Shown piece by piece: positions 1 through 221 of a stretch of DNA of 221 bases; position 1 is the stretch's first letter; each line of letters begins with the position of its first letter. The notes under the pieces are model-generated. The model did no database searches and was not told where the DNA came from. It saw only the letters and a program-made list of their open reading frames with translations. A program made the translations under genes and the position numbers. Source of the DNA: a phage; the sequence record M10695.1; one strand, given 5' to 3'.

Positions 1-7
1 GGGGAAC

Positions 8-20
8 CCCCCTTCGGGGG
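8..20 (+). other. 5'-proximal stem-loop: C8-C12 pairs with G16-G20 around loop TTC, or equivalently C9-C12/G17-G20 closing a C(UUCG)G tetraloop
   Basis: Direct complementarity CCCCC/GGGGG. Positions 12-17 read CTTCGG, the classic UUCG tetraloop context. An alternative pairing G1-G4 with C9-C12 is possible, so the 5' GGGG may be paired or free. Confidence 0.7.
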
Positions 21-25
21 TCACC

Positions 26-45
26 TCGCGCAGCGGGCTGCGCGA
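26..45 (+). other. Stem-loop: 8 bp stem (26-33 TCGCGCAG with 38-45 CTGCGCGA), loop CGGG (34-37)
   Basis: Perfect inverted repeat read from the sequence; 27-34 CGCGCAGC is the exact reverse complement of 37-44 GCTGCGCG. Confidence 0.75.
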
Positions 46-49
46 AGGG

Positions 50-72
50 GCCACGCTGCGAAGCAGCGTGGC
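50..72 (+). other. Stem-loop: 10 bp stem (50-59 GCCACGCTGC with 63-72 GCAGCGTGGC), triloop GAA (60-62)
   Basis: Perfect inverted repeat; the longest and most GC-rich stem in the window. Confidence 0.8.
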
Positions 73-77
73 GGTTC

Positions 78-100
78 TCGTGCGTTACCGAAACGCACGA
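78..100 (+). other. Stem-loop: 9 bp stem (78-86 TCGTGCGTT with 92-100 AACGCACGA), loop ACCGA (87-91)
   Basis: Perfect inverted repeat read from the sequence. Confidence 0.8.
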
Positions 101-106
101 AGGTCG

Positions 107-123
107 CGCCTCTTCACGAGGCG
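107..123 (+). other. Stem-loop: 6 bp stem (107-112 CGCCTC with 118-123 GAGGCG), loop TTCAC (113-117); possible extra G106-U124 wobble pair
   Basis: Perfect inverted repeat read from the sequence. Confidence 0.7.
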
Positions 124-134
124 TCACCTGGGAG

Positions 135-148
135 AGCGCGAAAGCGCT
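135..148 (+). other. Stem-loop: 5 bp stem (135-139 AGCGC with 144-148 GCGCT) closed by a GAAA (GNRA-type) tetraloop at 140-143
   Basis: Perfect inverted repeat with a GAAA loop. GGG 130-132 could also pair with CCC 151-153 across a small internal loop, but that competes with the next hairpin. Confidence 0.7.
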
Positions 149-151
149 AGC

Positions 152-167
152 CCGTGACTCGTCACGG
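152..167 (+). other. Stem-loop: 6 bp stem (152-157 CCGTGA with 162-167 TCACGG), loop CTCG (158-161)
   Basis: Perfect inverted repeat; 152-158 CCGTGAC is the exact reverse complement of 161-167 GTCACGG. Confidence 0.7.
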
Positions 168-179
168 TCGAACTCCCGT

Positions 180-199
180 ACGAGGTGCCCGCACCTCGT
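180..199 (+). other. Stem-loop: 8 bp stem (180-187 ACGAGGTG with 192-199 CACCTCGT), loop CCCG (188-191)
   Basis: Perfect inverted repeat read from the sequence. Confidence 0.75.
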
Positions 200-215
200 C
201 CCCCCTTCCGGGGGG
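200..215 (+). other. 3'-proximal stem-loop: 6 bp stem (C200-C205 with G210-G215), loop TTCC (206-209)
   Basis: Direct complementarity CCCCCC/GGGGGG. It is followed by an unpaired 3' tail, TCCCCA. Confidence 0.7.
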
Positions 216-221
216 TCCCCA
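216..221 (+). promoter_or_regulatory. Single-stranded 3'-terminal TCCCCA tail: candidate replicase initiation site (C-cluster) plus a terminal A
   Basis: The tail lies outside every local hairpin found. Qbeta replicase templates are known to end in a 3' C-cluster with an extra non-templated A, and to start with 5' G residues; this window does both. Confidence 0.55.

Larger units (their letters stand above)
1..221 (+). ncRNA. MDV-1: Complete small replicable RNA resembling MDV-1 (midivariant) RNA, a non-coding template of Qbeta replicase; the written strand appears to be the minus-strand sense with a 3'-terminal A
   Basis: Length is 221 nt with a 5'-GGGG start and a 3'-CCCCA end. GC content is about 70% and nine local hairpins cover most of the molecule. 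There is no ATG on either strand. The sequence matches my recollection of MDV-1; the reverse complement starts GGGGACCCCCCGGAAGGGGGG.... This is recall, not a verified alignment. Confidence 0.8.

Noticed and set aside
1-6. GGGGAA start as the +1 region of a T7 promoter transcript
   Set aside because: No T7 promoter consensus (TAATACGACTCACTATA) is present in the window; a promoter in flanking vector sequence cannot be excluded, but the window itself has none.
80-157. GTG-initiated open reading frame of about 25 codons (GTG at 80-82 to TGA at 155-157)
   Set aside because: It is very short, has no ATG, and has no recognisable ribosome-binding site upstream. It lies entirely within hairpin-forming inverted repeats, so the frame is much more likely a by-product of GC-rich structure than a gene.
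165-177. tRNA-like T-loop (reverse complement reads GGGAGTTCGACCG, containing TTCGA)
   Set aside because: There is no flanking 5-bp T-stem, acceptor stem or anticodon arm in the right geometry; it is an isolated pentamer match in a GC-rich sequence.
8-215. Rho-independent transcription terminators
   Set aside because: None of the GC-rich hairpins is followed by a T-tract; the longest T run in the window is two.
1-221. Viroid or hammerhead-ribozyme small circular RNA
   Set aside because: The window is shorter than known viroids and I find no CTGA (hammerhead CUGANGA core) on either strand. The defined 5' GGGG and 3' CCCCA ends argue for a linear replicase template.
1-221. CRISPR array or other direct-repeat array
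   Set aside because: There are no direct repeats of 20 nt or more with spacers; the repeats are short inverted repeats forming independent hairpins.
1-221. Parvovirus/AAV-type inverted terminal repeat
   Set aside because: The window is a chain of separate hairpins, not one large T-shaped palindrome, and it does not match the AAV ITR sequence as I recall it.

Overview
This 221-nt window is about 70% GC (34 A, 32 T, no AT dinucleotide anywhere), reads 5'-GGGG...CCCCA-3', and folds almost end to end into nine short, perfect stem-loops. It has no credible coding capacity: there is no ATG on either strand. From memory, I recognise it as the complete 'midivariant' RNA MDV-1, the classic in vitro self-replicating template of bacteriophage Qbeta replicase, written as DNA. 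The written strand appears to be the minus-strand sense; its reverse complement begins T-GGGGACCCCCCGGAAGGGGGGACGAGGTGCGGGCACCTCG. I could not run a database search, so this identity is recalled, not verified, and I cannot rule out point variants. All hairpin coordinates and composition statements were read directly from the sequence. I see no evidence of a novel biological system; the most economical reading is a known laboratory replicon or close variant, possibly present as a synthetic construct, cDNA or contaminant.
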